A stretch of DNA of 64,000 nucleotides from an uncultured Nitrospiraceae bacterium (GCA_963706325.1 CAVPLT010000002.1:32001-96000), one strand, 5' to 3'. Shown: positions 40,852 to 52,009, counted from the first letter of the stretch. The notes: a model not told the origin generated them from the letters alone. Numbers and translations: made by a program.

Positions 40852-41988
40852 ATGCCTCACTCTTGGAAAGCCCTGCTACAACCCGCTCGGTTTTGGGAAT
40901 TGTTCAAGAATACGTTTACGGCTTGGAGCGACGATAAGGTGCCCCGGCATGGTGCGGCGCTGGCCTACTACACCGTGTTGTCGCTCGTGCCTCTGTTGGT
41001 CGTCATCATTGCGATGATCGGAGTGATCTTCGGGCGCGAGGCGGCGCAAGGCTACATTCTGGAGCAGATCGGGAGTCTCGTGGGCCCGCAAAGCGAGGCG
41101 GCGATCAAAGAAATGATTCAACGGGCGAGTGAGCCCTCTACGGGGATCTTCGCTGCGGCCGTGGCGGGCGTGACCTTACTGGTCGGCGCCTCGGGCGTGT
41201 TTGCGCAGCTTCAGGATTCATTGAACTCAATTTGGGGAGTGAAAGCCAAGGAGGGGCGCGGCCTATGGGGACTCATCCGTGACCGCTTCTTCTCAGTCGC
41301 GGCGCTTCTTGGAACAGGCTTTTTACTCCTGGTGTCACTCGTACTGAGTGCGGCCCTGTCAGCATTCGGCAAATGGTTCGGGGGGTGGCTTCCGGCTCCC
41401 GAGCTGGTACTCCAGATCTTGGAGTTTATTATTTCTTTCGGCGTTGTCACCGGATTGTTCGCCCTTATCTTTAAGGTTCTTCCCGATGCCCACGTGGCCT
41501 GGCGAGACGTCTGGGTAGGATCAGCCATGACCGCGTTGCTTTTTACGATTGGAAAATTCGCTATTGGTCTCTATCTCGGAAAGAGCGACGTCGGGTCCGC
41601 GTACGGCGCTGCAGGATCCATGGTCATTCTGCTCGTGTGGGTGTATTACTCGGCGCAGATCATATTATTCGGCGCTGAATTTACTCAGGTCTATGCCAAC
41701 GCACTTGGCTCGCGAATCGTCGCGTCTGACAATGCCGATGTGGCTGATCCGGCAAAAGCCAAAGACTCCAACAGTGCCAAAGACTCCAACACCGCTGGGG
41801 CTCACACCCCTCTTGGGGGAGACAGCGGTACTAAAAAAGATGCGGGGTCCCGCGCACCGGCGGGTGCCATGGTTTCACCCGCTCACGTATCAGGATCCGC
41901 GGGACAACCTTCGTGGTGGTTAGGAGTGGTAGTGCTCGTCTCATTGGCAAGGTTCGTGCGCCGGTCAAAAGCTGAGGTCCGCGGATAA
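40852..41988 (+). CDS. YihY/BrkB family membrane protein
   Basis: 'AALAYYTVLSL.P', 'YGAAGS...LLVWVYYSAQI.LFGAE'. Confidence 0.93.
   Translation: MPHSWKALLQPARFWELFKNTFTAWSDDKVPRHGAALAYYTVLSLVPLLVVIIAMIGVIFGREAAQGYILEQIGSLVGPQSEAAIKEMIQRASEPSTGIFAAAVAGVTLLVGASGVFAQLQDSLNSIWGVKAKEGRGLWGLIRDRFFSVAALLGTGFLLLVSLVLSAALSAFGKWFGGWLPAPELVLQILEFIISFGVVTGLFALIFKVLPDAHVAWRDVWVGSAMTALLFTIGKFAIGLYLGKSDVGSAYGAAGSMVILLVWVYYSAQIILFGAEFTQVYANALGSRIVASDNADVADPAKAKDSNSAKDSNTAGAHTPLGGDSGTKKDAGSRAPAGAMVSPAHVSGSAGQPSWWLGVVVLVSLARFVRRSKAEVRG
41758..41791 (+). repeat. 18-bp-period tandem duplication in the yihY tail
   Basis: GCCAAAGACTCCAACA twice (AKDSNS-AKDSNT). Confidence 0.85.
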
Positions 41989-42096
41989 TTGTTGAATCAT
42001 TTCCAGGCGCTTCCCACCGACCCTATGGTACCTTACGCATGACGACCTTCTCTGAGTAGCCGAGTCAGGGAAAGCATCACACAATAAGGAGCACTC

Positions 42097-42276
42097 GTGG
42101 AAAAAGATATTCGGGATTGTTTTGAACGGGTTGAGAAGCGACTGAATGCTATCGAGGATCTTGGCAAAGCGATTAAGACTGCTATAGAAGAACTAGCCAC
42201 AGAGATCATGAACGCCGAGCACGGCGACGAGGCCAAGCTTGATCGAGTCCTCCAATTGCTGGAGGCCAAAAAATAG
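42097..42276 (+). CDS. Small coiled-coil hypothetical protein (59 aa; not in the ORF track)
   Basis: AAGGAG RBS + GTG; MEKDIRDCFERVEKRLNAIEDL...LLEAKK. Confidence 0.6.
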   Translation: MEKDIRDCFERVEKRLNAIEDLGKAIKTAIEELATEIMNAEHGDEAKLDRVLQLLEAKK

Positions 42277-42635
42277 CGTGAGACCGGCGAAGATGACATT
42301 GTGAATGGAGAAGGGAGTAATATCGTTTCGTTCTGCTGATAAAAAAGCTGAAAAAATCCAAACTGACTTATCCTTTGTCATGGGAGAGGCCGGTTGGCTC
42401 AGCTAGGTGCCAAACCCGTCAGCGTAATATCAGTTGATCTCATCTGTCTTGGAGTGCTCGTCAATACTTTTCCCTCCCTCATGACAGGCTTCCTCTAGAG
42501 CGTCCGCATGGCTTAGGTTTCGCGGCGCTCCATCTCGTATTAAGTAGTTTTTAAGCGCGTACTAATGCCCCTCTAATGCACGCCTCTTATACTGACCCGT
42601 TCTGTACCCGACATTATTTTGGAATGGGTGATGGT

Positions 42636-42797
42636 ATGAGCGAAGCCAAACTATATTACCGCGTAAGGCCAAGCATATATGCATTTATGAAGCTCTGTAC
42701 CAGGCTCCTGGAGCATACCGAACATGTGCCCCTTACCCCTCAGGAACGAGAAACGATTTTGCTCTACACGAGGAAACTAGTCGAGCGATTTCTATAA
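42636..42797 (+). CDS. Small hypothetical protein
   Basis: 53-aa helical ORF 'PLTPQERETILLY'. Confidence 0.45.
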   Translation: MSEAKLYYRVRPSIYAFMKLCTRLLEHTEHVPLTPQERETILLYTRKLVERFL

Positions 42798-42905
42798 GAG
42801 GCCTACGGGGACGCCCAGTGCCGGTTGGTAAAGAGCAGTTCTGCCGGCAGGCCTCCTCCAGGTGGGAGTGCCGCTTTACATCCCGGTTGAGTGATCTGGA
42901 AGGTC

Positions 42906-43470
42906 ATGATTAAACCCATATCGGCCGGCCTCCCTGAAGGCTTTGACTATCTGCCTGACTTTCTTTCCGTGAGTGAGGAGCGCGCCATCCTCGATCTGAT
43001 AGATGCACTGAAGTTCGGAACAGTCGAAATGCGCGGAATGGTAGCCAAGCGAAAGGTCCTGCATTTTGGTTGGATGTACGGCTACGAATCGTGGAGGATC
43101 ACGCGGGCAGAACCCATTGCAGATTGGCTCTTGGCTCTGCGCGAACGGGCGGCAGTCCTCATGCAGGAGTCTGCAGAAAATATCGAGGAGGTCCAGCTCA
43201 GCCAATATTCTCCCGGAGCCGGTATCGGCTGGCATCGTGATGCGCCGATGTTCGGACCGGCAGTCGTGGGGATATCTCTTCTGGGGACCTGCCGGCTTCG
43301 GTTTCAACGGAAGCGAGGAGATGTTCGTGAACAGGCTGAGTGCAGTTTGGAGCCTCGTTCCGCCTACGTGCTAAACGGCCAGGCCCGCGCCATGTGGCAA
43401 CATTCCGATTCCCGATACCAAGGCCACGCGGTATTCCATCACTTTGCGCACCCTCAAAAGGAAAGTGACC
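42906..43470 (+). pseudogene. AlkB-like 2OG-Fe(II) dioxygenase with a C-terminal frameshift
   Basis: 'GIGWHRD', 'LEPRS.Y', 'WQHS'; an extra base at about 43407 moves IP...RYSITLRT out of frame. Confidence 0.82.
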
Positions 43471-43559
43471 CGATCATCGATAAGTCGCCGGCACTGCTCG
43501 AGGGGTAGATCTTCAGGTTGGGTGTGGCCTCGATGGGATTTTCGGCGCCATCAGGTCTT

Positions 43560-43883
43560 TCAAATCTCCGCATCGTCCTCCAAAATGTCCTCTGCCCAGC
43601 TCAAAGCCGCTGATACAGTCGGAAACCCGAGCGTGCTCGTGAGCAAGATAATGGCGTGGCGAATCTCGTCGCTAGTGGCGCCGTTCTCTCGGGCTTGCCG
43701 GACATGGCTATGCACGCCACCTTCCGAATGAATCGCGATGGATGCGGCGAGTTGAAGGAGATGCGCCGACTTGTCGTCGAGAGGGCCCTGTTCCTTCAAC
43801 GTTTTCCCGAGTGTCTCCACGGCCGTGATGAATTCCGTCTGTTTGCGTTTCTCAGACTGGTAATGAGTGGGTACCTCTGCCAT
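43560..43883 (-). CDS. Carboxymuconolactone decarboxylase/AhpD-like protein
   Basis: 'GPLDDK..HL', 'EGGVHSH', 'GAT.DEI.H', 'GFP'. Confidence 0.88.
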   Translation of the reverse strand: MAEVPTHYQSEKRKQTEFITAVETLGKTLKEQGPLDDKSAHLLQLAASIAIHSEGGVHSHVRQARENGATSDEIRHAIILLTSTLGFPTVSAALSWAEDILEDDAEI

Positions 43884-44077
43884 AAATCCTCCTCGAAGGT
43901 AGTAACTCTGCTTCGGATTCTGCGCTGCCCACTCCCGGCGGGTGCAAGTTAACCTCTCGCCAGAACACTAGTGCTGGGCATTCCCTATACTCGTACCTTG
44001 ATTCACTTTGGTCCTTTGCTCGAGCCGTACTCTCGGTGTGGCAAAATCACCCCTGGTCGATCTACCGATTCCTGCCG

Positions 44078-45244
44078 CTATGGTTTCAGGACAATTTTGA
44101 TGCACTCATCCTCTTTATGAAGGAACTGCGAGAATCCTTGCGGCGCCTCGTCCAGTCCCATCCGGTGAGTGATGATGAAGCTGGGATCGATTTCGCCGCG
44201 CTGAATGCGTTCCAGCAAGGGCTGCATGTAGCGTTGCACATGAGCCTGCCCCGTTTTGATCGTGAGGGACCGATTCATGACGGACCCTATCGGGAACTTA
44301 TCGATAAATCCGGCATAGACGCCGATGACCGAGACCGTTCCCCCGTTTCGGCAGCACTGAATGGCCTGGCGCAAGGCATAGGGCCGGTCAGTTTCCAACA
44401 TCATGACCTGCTTGACCCGATCGTAAGCTCCCATCAGCCCAGGCCCATGGGCCTCCATCCCAACCGCATCAATACATCCGTCGGGGCCGCGACCGCCGGT
44501 CATTTCCATCAAGCTGTCATACACGGGCTGTTCTTCGTAATTGAGAGTTTCGGCTCCCCCTTCGCCGGCCATACGCAAACGTTCCGGAAAGCGGTCGATG
44601 GCAATGACCCTTTCGGCGCCTAACAGAAATGCGCTGCGGATCGAGAATTGGCCGACCGGACCGCAGCCCCATACAGCGATCGTATCGCCAGGCTTGATGT
44701 TGCAATTTTCGGCGGCCATGTAGCCGGTCGGAAAGATATCGGAAAGAAACAGCGCTTGGTCGTCAGAGATGCCGTCGGGAATCTTGATCGTCCCGACATC
44801 GGCGAAGGGAACCCTGGCGTATTCTGCCTGACCTCCGGCAAATCCGCCCAGCATGTGCGAATACCCAAAAATGCCGGCAGGGGAGTGTCCCATCATGCCT
44901 TCGGCGATCCAGGCGTTAGGATTCGAGTTTTCGCAGAGAGAAAACAGTTGGTCTCTGCAAAACCGGCATCGCCCACAGGCGATGGGAAACGCCGTCACCA
45001 CGCGATCACCGACCTGAAGATGGCTAATCTCACTCCCAACTTCTACCACTTCACCCATGAACTCATGTCCCAGAATGTCTCCGGCCTTCATCGTCGGTAT
45101 GAACCCATTATAGATATGTAGATCCGATCCGCAGATCGCCGTCGACGACACCTTGAGAATGACGTCGCGCCGATTGAGGATCTTGGGGTCGGGAACATTC
45201 TCAACTCGCAAATCCTGCTTACCGTACCAACAATTTGCTTTCAT
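44078..45244 (-). CDS. Zn-dependent alcohol/formaldehyde dehydrogenase-like protein (YbdR-like)
   Basis: 'ICGSDLH', 'GHEFMG', structural-Zn Cys cluster, 'GCGPVG'. Confidence 0.93.
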   Translation of the reverse strand: MKANCWYGKQDLRVENVPDPKILNRRDVILKVSSTAICGSDLHIYNGFIPTMKAGDILGHEFMGEVVEVGSEISHLQVGDRVVTAFPIACGRCRFCRDQLFSLCENSNPNAWIAEGMMGHSPAGIFGYSHMLGGFAGGQAEYARVPFADVGTIKIPDGISDDQALFLSDIFPTGYMAAENCNIKPGDTIAVWGCGPVGQFSIRSAFLLGAERVIAIDRFPERLRMAGEGGAETLNYEEQPVYDSLMEMTGGRGPDGCIDAVGMEAHGPGLMGAYDRVKQVMMLETDRPYALRQAIQCCRNGGTVSVIGVYAGFIDKFPIGSVMNRSLTIKTGQAHVQRYMQPLLERIQRGEIDPSFIITHRMGLDEAPQGFSQFLHKEDECIKIVLKP

Positions 45245-45305
45245 CGTGGACTCCTTTATTTTTCAGCCGCACTCTTCGGTGTGATGGGTCGCTGTGAAGA
45301 GTCTT

Positions 45306-46352
45306 TTAGCGGTCGGTGGATGCTCCGATGGGTCGTCCAGGTCGTTGTTCCGTGAGGCCGGTACCCGCAATGGACGAGTCCGATTGCAGAACTTCCCCAG
45401 TCTCCATGATTTGTTTGAATCGTCGAAGATTGCTCATAACCATTTGACCAGGCTCGTGACCCAACACCTTAGCTAGGGCGGCTCCAATCATTCCGGCAGG
45501 CATGTTGTATTCCATCACGACCTTGACGATCGTGCCACGCTGGCCGGTGGCAGGAAAAAACTCGACTGAGCCGCTGTGGTCAATGGAGGCCTGCTCAGTG
45601 GTCCGCCAGGCGATGCGGCGATTCGGGATATCGTCGGTAATTTCCGCATCCCATTCCACTGGCGCCCCTCCAGGTCCCCGTACGGTCCAATGTGAATGCC
45701 GGTCATTCGCTATCTCTACAGATTTGATCTCCGTCATGAAGCGGGAAAGATTCGTGAAATCCCGCCAGAATGTATAGAGGTCTTCCGCTGAACGATCGAT
45801 GGTCACGGTTTTTTTGACAAGAATGGCTCCATTCTCGGTCGTCCAACCGACCATGCGACTCAAATTTTGGCTGCTCCACCAATCGAGGACCGTTACTCCC
45901 AGCACAGCCATTAAGGCAGTGGTTGTTCGAGCGCGCTTGGCTTGCGGGGAGGCCAGGGCCGCTCCCAGGCAAGCGATATCCATGGCGTCGCCGGCGACTC
46001 TGGACCAGACCCAGCCGGCGGGCCGGCGGTCGGAGAGGATACCGACGCCGCTGGTCAGTTCCCGCAATCCCAAGGCACGGATCAGAAATTGGTGGTCGTC
46101 TTGAAGGCCGACCACTCGGGCAATAGCGCGGGGAGCGAGGATCTCGGCCATACCCAGTCCTACACTGAACCACCCCAGCGCGTACGCGAGAGACTCATGC
46201 GCGTCTTCTCTGGAAACTCTCCGCGGCCTTGCGCTTGCCAGACGACGCGCCGGTCTGGAGGCGTCCGTATCCACTGACTCGTTGTGCGAACCCGCACGCG
46301 GATCTGCATAATCCATGGTGATGCTCCTGCCGGAGTGGTCTCGGTTTGACAT
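45306..46352 (-). CDS. SRPBCC (cyclase/dehydrase) domain protein
   Basis: 'LGWFSVGLG' N-domain; 'LY.FWRDFTNL..FM', 'WDAEIT', 'LRRFKQIMETGE'. Confidence 0.9.
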   Translation of the reverse strand: MSNRDHSGRSITMDYADPRAGSHNESVDTDASRPARRLASARPRRVSREDAHESLAYALGWFSVGLGMAEILAPRAIARVVGLQDDHQFLIRALGLRELTSGVGILSDRRPAGWVWSRVAGDAMDIACLGAALASPQAKRARTTTALMAVLGVTVLDWWSSQNLSRMVGWTTENGAILVKKTVTIDRSAEDLYTFWRDFTNLSRFMTEIKSVEIANDRHSHWTVRGPGGAPVEWDAEITDDIPNRRIAWRTTEQASIDHSGSVEFFPATGQRGTIVKVVMEYNMPAGMIGAALAKVLGHEPGQMVMSNLRRFKQIMETGEVLQSDSSIAGTGLTEQRPGRPIGASTDR

Positions 46353-47062
46353 AGGGAGTCTCCTTTTTCATTCGGTGTTGAGAAGTCCTGCCTATTTTCG
46401 TGTGGAACGACTGTGTTTTCCAGCGACCTGTTTCTGACTCGGCCTTGGAGAGCTGTTCTCATCGACAGGTCTTCTATAGGCTGCTTTGTTGCCGAGGCCA
46501 CTTTAGCCAGCAAAGGCGTGCTCTTTTCAGGCATACGTGGCGTGAATATGAAGCGAGTCGCTTATCGATTCACGTCAACCTCTCGCAAGCAACGTGCCGC
46601 TTTATATCCATACTAGCGATACCCGACCAGTGTCGTTTTGCGGATTCATCGTGGGAGTCATGCAAGCGGAGACTCTCGGGTCGCTGAGTGAAAACCGTTG
46701 CAGGGCAGTCTTTTCATAAGCATGGATCGGCCATGAGGTTGACTCCACGCGCTGGGACAGAGCCTAGGTGTAAGAGATTGAGCGAACCGCCGCAGTCGAA
46801 CCGGTCGTCTGGACAAGGCTTGCGGGGACAAGTTGTCGGCATGGGACAAATGGTCCGCGAATCTTGCGGTTCAATCGTAGCTGCCGCCTGATCAAGTCAT
46901 CACTTTCCTCCCTCTCTTTCCGTCGAGAGCCCCATTTAATGGGGCCGCGAGACCTGTGCCGATCTAGAGTGCTCCGATCGGTTCACCCGCAGTACTTCGG
47001 CCCAGCGTTTGCAAAGGGTCCACCGACAAGAGGTTTTAATTTTTCCATAAAAGGAGGATGCG

Positions 47063-48043
47063 ATGGTTTCATCACGACGCGCTGTACAGGGAGTTATTGC
47101 TTCTGGTCTATTGTTAGGGACAGCTTTGACCTGTTTAGCGCAATCGGGGGCACCGGTCCAGGAGCAGCCGAGGGACGTAGCGCCCGGCACGGTTGAGCAA
47201 TCGGGGTCACCGGTCCAACAGCAGCCGAAGGATGGAGGACCCCGCACGCTCGAGGGTGATCGCACGATCCAGCAGCAAGAGCAAGCGGAGCGTGATCGAG
47301 CCCTTGCGCAAGATCGCGCTGCAGGGCGCCCAGTCGTGCAAGAGCGCGTGGTTGAACGACGACGCGAAGGGGAAGTCTACGTGTCGGGGTTTGGCGGATT
47401 CACCTGGGGCCATAACTTTTCCGGTGTGGAAGGGCAAGGTACGGTTGGGGGGCAACAGTTTGGCGGACTGGACTTGAAGGACTCCGGGGTGTACGGCGCC
47501 AAGGTCGGGTATTTTCATCCGGGACGATTGAATTGGTTAGGACTCGAAGTTGAAGGCTTCAATACTAACCCGCATATCGAACAGGGGGGGGGCATTCCAG
47601 GAACACACCTGCGTGTGACCACGCTCGCCTTTAATGTCATCGCTCGCACCAAGGTCGGCTGCCGCAACCGTGATGACGCGCGCAGGCGGGACGATGGGCG
47701 TGTCGCCACAGACGGGACCGTGCGCGGGTCGGATGACCGCACAGAGTTGTCGCCGTTGGAGGATAATGCTCGTTGCCCGCTGCAACTCTACGCGGGCGTG
47801 GGGCCCGGCATTTTCTTTGCCGAAACCTCGAACCAGTTCGGCCGGAGCACGGATAATGGCCGAGTAGGCGTCAATGCGCTGGCTGGGGCAAAGTTTTTCC
47901 TGACTCGCAACTTCGCCCTCTACGCAGAGTATAAATTCAATTACGCGCACTTCGATTTCAGCCAAGCGCTAGGTACGAACGCCGGGTTCGCGGGGGATTA
48001 CAAGGCGAGCCATGTGGTCGGTGGGTTGGCGTGGCATTTTTAG
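47063..48043 (+). CDS. Outer membrane beta-barrel protein
   Basis: Signal peptide, 'YGAKVGYF', 'YAGVG', 'AEYKFN', C-terminal F. Confidence 0.82.
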   Translation: MVSSRRAVQGVIASGLLLGTALTCLAQSGAPVQEQPRDVAPGTVEQSGSPVQQQPKDGGPRTLEGDRTIQQQEQAERDRALAQDRAAGRPVVQERVVERRREGEVYVSGFGGFTWGHNFSGVEGQGTVGGQQFGGLDLKDSGVYGAKVGYFHPGRLNWLGLEVEGFNTNPHIEQGGGIPGTHLRVTTLAFNVIARTKVGCRNRDDARRRDDGRVATDGTVRGSDDRTELSPLEDNARCPLQLYAGVGPGIFFAETSNQFGRSTDNGRVGVNALAGAKFFLTRNFALYAEYKFNYAHFDFSQALGTNAGFAGDYKASHVVGGLAWHF

Positions 48044-48088
48044 TCCCGACTACTGTATGGCTCAGACGGGGAGCCGTCGCGTGGATGT

Positions 48089-48150
48089 GAGCCGGAGGGG
48101 AAAACCAATCGTTCCCTCCGGCTCCTCACAGTGAAAAAAAGTTTTTCACT
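48089..48150 (+). terminator. Hairpin pair downstream of the OMP gene
   Basis: GAGCCGGAGGG..CCCTCCGGCTC (11-bp stem), then AGTGAAAAA-AAG-TTTTTCACT (9-bp stem). Confidence 0.5.
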
Positions 48151-48172
48151 TTCGTGATTGAGAGGAGACGTC

Positions 48173-48391
48173 ATGCGAAGGATCCACCATGTATTTGCGC
48201 TCGGGTCTGCCGTCTTCCTGTGGAGCCTGACGGCCGGGTGTGATCAAGGAACCAAGCAATCGAATCAACCGGCTTCTGGTAATCCTGCAGCCACATCCTC
48301 AGAGCGAAAAGAAACACATCCTGAGCAACCGACCGGAACGCCCCAAAGCGGTGAAGTTCCGTCAGCGAGCGTTCCTCCTTCCAGCCGTTAG
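48173..48391 (+). CDS. Small low-complexity lipoprotein
   Basis: GAGGAG RBS; lipobox LTAGC. Confidence 0.7.
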   Translation: MRRIHHVFALGSAVFLWSLTAGCDQGTKQSNQPASGNPAATSSERKETHPEQPTGTPQSGEVPSASVPPSSR

Positions 48392-48509
48392 ACCGTCACG
48401 CGGTCATGATATGCGGGAGGACCAGCATTGCCGCTGTCTCAATTCCATCTCTCCAGCTGGATACTCTTGCGTGATTGAGCTTCTCTTTGAGTAACGAGAA
48501 CGGAAGGCT

Positions 48510-48854
48510 TTAGGGACCCCCTTTCGACGTCCACTTGGGTGCGGGCTCTCCAAACACTTTCCGCATTTTCCTTTGCGCGTTCCAACCTAGATTTTTGAAT
48601 GGGGCTCAGTAGCTTGCCTGCTCGATCGATATGGAATTGAGCGTGGACATTGCCGACAGAAAGGGCGTTCCTTTGCGCCGGTGACTACTGTCTGCGGACC
48701 GCTTCAACGACCTCGCGATTTCGCCGGCAGTCCGTTTCGTGAAGACGTCCTCGTGCAAGTCTAGGGCATCGCTACGCTTCATGACATCGGTGGACCACTT
48801 GCGACTCTTCTTGTGGACTGCGGTCGATGATTTAGATTCCGACTTGCTGGGCAT
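48510..48854 (-). pseudogene. DUF3175 family protein, frameshifted
   Basis: 'KWS..V...SDALDL..DVF....EIARSLKRSA..S.RRK..PF.SAMS'; continues in other frames as IDRAGK..RLERAK..MRKVFG. Confidence 0.78.
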
Positions 48855-48944
48855 TGGTACCTCCTCTGTCCCCCCTGCGATATGAAAGGGGAAACCCTGT
48901 TCCCGTAATTCTTGCACCTCATTGATAGCGACAGGATCAAGATC

Positions 48945-49125
48945 ATGCACCGCGCTAGACAAGATCAACTTGGACGCGGCCTCGGGATCGTCCCAATGTG
49001 AAAAAGTGCCGCAGTTCTCGAACCAGTGCAGTTGTGCGCTCGAAAAAAGTTTCAAGTGCACGTCCGGCCTGGCCGGGAAACAGACCCGGTCTTTCGCACC
49101 CAGCCTATGACGAGCTCTACGGGGT
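48945..49125 (-). pseudogene. C-terminal remnant of an alpha/beta hydrolase
   Basis: LVIGW/DRVCFPGQAGRA/LF..AQLHWFENCG.F.HWDDP across frames. Confidence 0.6.
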
Positions 49126-49234
49126 GGGCCCGCGTCAAACCGCCGGCAGGATTTTTTCTACGTCTAGGCAGCGATGGTATCTTTGACGTCCTTCGTGAGG
49201 ATCTGGTTGCCATCTCATTTTTCTTTATAGGCGC

Positions 49235-49471
49235 TCACCGGCCTTCTCTGCTTTTCTTCTTGAGCGCATTGGCTTGATGTGCGGCCTTCTTTCCACTCTT
49301 TTCGCTCTGCACGAGATATTCAGGATGAGTGCGCGAGGCTGCTACATCGTGTCCCTTGATCTTCATCCGAGAAGTCTGCTTTTTGACGACGCGCCCGCTG
49401 GTTTTGCCTTGCGACGTTTTCCATTCGACGCGATCGCCGGGTTTGAGTTCGCGTGAGGGTTTCTCGGCCAC
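49235..49471 (-). CDS. DUF2945 (Tudor-like) protein
   Basis: 'GDRVEW....G...G.V', 'PEYLVQSEKSGK.AAH'. Confidence 0.85.
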   Translation of the reverse strand: MAEKPSRELKPGDRVEWKTSQGKTSGRVVKKQTSRMKIKGHDVAASRTHPEYLVQSEKSGKKAAHQANALKKKSREGR

Positions 49472-49576
49472 CGTGTTCCTTTCCAGAGGGACTATGCCTC
49501 GGGGCACGCAATCAAGGGAACCGACTGCCATCGCCGCGCCGTCTCCGACGGTTTGAGTTGGTTCACGGGGTATCAC

Positions 49577-49608
49577 TATGTCGAGCCTCGGCCATATGTC
49601 GAGCCTCG
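49577..49608. repeat. 14-bp direct repeat with 18-bp period
   Basis: TATGTCGAGCCTCG at 49577 and 49595. Confidence 0.85.
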
Positions 49609-49612
49609 CCTA

Positions 49613-50722
49613 TCATACGGGCCGTTCGGGTTCGGAGCGTGGCATGTGCGGCTCCGTTTCCTGGGAGAGTCCTCGCCGTGCGTGCGGACGCCTGCTCTCG
49701 TAGAACCGGTTTGCGGAAGGGTGCCACATCGCTTTGATCAAAAGCCCGGTGCCGATGAGCGCCGCTCCCGTCAATAGCGGATGCAGCGAAGCGGTCGTAT
49801 AGAGACTGGATTCCGAGACATGGCCTTGATAGTCGCCTCTTTCCTGCAGGTCGCCGGAAGGCCGATCCAGGGCATTATCGTGACGAGGTCTCGTCGGAGG
49901 ACGATCACTCTGTTGCTGCTTGGCAAAGAGCGACTCCATCAATAGATCGGCAAGTCGGGGCGCATAGTAACCGAGCATCGGAATCCCTTTGCCGCCGGCT
50001 CCGACGTACACGTTCCGTTCACTGGTCTCAGCACAGTGCAGGATCGTCCGAGCGACCGTCTCTGGCGCATAGACGGGGGGAGGATTGGTGGGCTCGCTCT
50101 TCATATAGTTTTTGGCATGTTGAGAATAGGGAGTCGCAATGGCACCCGGTTGAATCAGCGTGACCGAAGCTGGAATGCGCTCCATCTCCAATTCCATGCG
50201 GAGCGCGTCGGTAAATCCTTTCACAGCGTGCTTGGAAGCGGAATAGATTCCTTGGAGAACCAGGGCGCGATCCGACAGGGTGCTCCCGACGTTGATGATG
50301 GCGCCGGGTTGGTGGCGTTCTTTCAGGTGCCGGGCCGCTTCCAGAGACCCGTACACCAGTCCCCAAAAGTTCGTCTCGAACAAGCGCCGCATGTCCTCGA
50401 TCGGCTCATCCATCAGTTTGCCGTAGATAGACACGCCCGCATTATTGACCCATGTGTCGAAGCCTCCGAACTTCTGGCAGGCGATGCGTGAAATGCGCTG
50501 CACGTCGGCGGGTCTCCCCACATCGGCCGTGACGGTGACCGCTCGATTGCCGCCGTCCGATAACTCGCGCTCAAGTTCGATGAGAGCGCCTTCACCGCGG
50601 GCCGCCAGGACGAGCCTCGCGCCACGTCGCGCTGCCGTGCGAGCCGTCGTTAAACCGATGCCGGAAGTCGCCCCGGTGATGACATGATCTGATGACGGAA
50701 GCTTTTTAAGTGTTATCGACAT
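49613..50722 (-). CDS. SDR family oxidoreductase
   Basis: 'TGATSGIG', 'WVNNAG', 'YSASKHA'. Confidence 0.92.
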   Translation of the reverse strand: MSITLKKLPSSDHVITGATSGIGLTTARTAARRGARLVLAARGEGALIELERELSDGGNRAVTVTADVGRPADVQRISRIACQKFGGFDTWVNNAGVSIYGKLMDEPIEDMRRLFETNFWGLVYGSLEAARHLKERHQPGAIINVGSTLSDRALVLQGIYSASKHAVKGFTDALRMELEMERIPASVTLIQPGAIATPYSQHAKNYMKSEPTNPPPVYAPETVARTILHCAETSERNVYVGAGGKGIPMLGYYAPRLADLLMESLFAKQQQSDRPPTRPRHDNALDRPSGDLQERGDYQGHVSESSLYTTASLHPLLTGAALIGTGLLIKAMWHPSANRFYESRRPHARRGLSQETEPHMPRSEPERPV

Positions 50723-50923
50723 GAGAAAACGGTCCTTTCTCGGGTAGTAACACCGAAAAGCGAAGCCTCATTGATAATTTCCGATTACTTGTCGGATGGA
50801 CGCCGGTCTTCGTCTGCAATCCGTTCCTGTACCCCTCCGCTCATGCCGGTGCCGGTCGGCATGCCCTCGTACAGGCTCCAATGGAACGGGTCCCTGCCGC
50901 ACCGCCCTGGGTGTGATGAGATG

Positions 50924-51904
50924 TCAATGAGGCTGAGGGACATGAAACGTGTAGGTGTCGCCATGGCTCAAATAATGGACCTGCTTTTCAAGGCCCGCGT
51001 CTTTGACCGCCTGCTGAAAGTCAGAGAGCGGTGATTTGAAGACGTCATAGTCGTCGTAGTGGATGGGGATCGACAGCCGCGGCTTCACCAGTTGCATCAC
51101 CTCGACGCCTTGTTTCGCGTCCATCGTGACCATGATACCGAGGACTCTGGTACCGCCAAGATGCAGCAGCGCCAGATGAATGTCGGGATAGCGACGCGGA
51201 ATTTCTTTCAAATCGTCGATCAGCAGCGTGTCCCCCGTGATGTACATTCTGAAGGTCGGGCTGTCCGGGGCGGAACGAAATTCCAGCATGCTTCCCATCA
51301 CGTCAGGAAGGAGCGAGTCCACTACCGGAGGGCCGTGCCGTCCAGGCATTGAGGTCACTTGGAGGCTGGCCTCGCCTTTCTTCACGGTCTTTGTCGACCA
51401 GGTGGCCACTGCCGAGGCGTTTTTGAATCCCCTCTCACGCAGTGCCACGGTCGCTTCGGGAGTGGTCAGGATCGGCAAAGACTTATCCAATTCCCGCTCC
51501 GCGACTTGATCGAAATGATCCCCGTGAAAGTGCGAGAGCAAGATCAAGTCCAAGGGCGGAAGCTCTCCGATGTCCATAGCCGGATCGGTCAGCCGAGTGG
51601 TGTGCAGGCCATAGCCGATCGGCACCTGCTCGTGTTTGTGAATGAAGGTGGGGTCCGTCAAAATCGTAAACCCCGCATAGCGGATGAGAACCGTGGCGTT
51701 CCCGATGAAGGTCACCGACCCGTTGGCCTTGTCCGGTGATTTTTCAGACGCCGGCAGAGTCATGTCGGCGGCCACGGGGGACTTAGCTCCAGGGACGCCT
51801 TCCGTTGTTCCGGCCTGCGAATGGCAAGCCGTGAATAGCATGCCCATTAGAAACCAACTGATGTGCGTCAGAGTCGTTCGTCCTGGTGACATCCGCATCG
51901 GCAT
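50924..51904 (-). CDS. MBL-fold metallo-hydrolase with export signal
   Basis: 'LSHFHGDHFD', 'GRHG', 'TGDT', 'PIHY'. Confidence 0.9.
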   Translation of the reverse strand: MPMRMSPGRTTLTHISWFLMGMLFTACHSQAGTTEGVPGAKSPVAADMTLPASEKSPDKANGSVTFIGNATVLIRYAGFTILTDPTFIHKHEQVPIGYGLHTTRLTDPAMDIGELPPLDLILLSHFHGDHFDQVAERELDKSLPILTTPEATVALRERGFKNASAVATWSTKTVKKGEASLQVTSMPGRHGPPVVDSLLPDVMGSMLEFRSAPDSPTFRMYITGDTLLIDDLKEIPRRYPDIHLALLHLGGTRVLGIMVTMDAKQGVEVMQLVKPRLSIPIHYDDYDVFKSPLSDFQQAVKDAGLEKQVHYLSHGDTYTFHVPQPH

Positions 51905-52009
51905 CTCCTTGTTCTTGCTGTAGCGAACGTGCTCGGATAGCCGCTGATCAGCTGACGCTGCAGCCGGCGAGGATCGGCCATGCTCAACTCGGTGGTGATG
52001 CCGATGAGC

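Noticed and set aside
48606..49061. Single 151-aa gene
   Set aside because: Chimeric reading of a hydrolase remnant plus a DUF3175 gene with its own RBS and ATG at 48854
41758..49608. CRISPR array from the short direct repeats
   Set aside because: Only isolated two-copy repeats of 14-16 bp, with no spacers or cas genes
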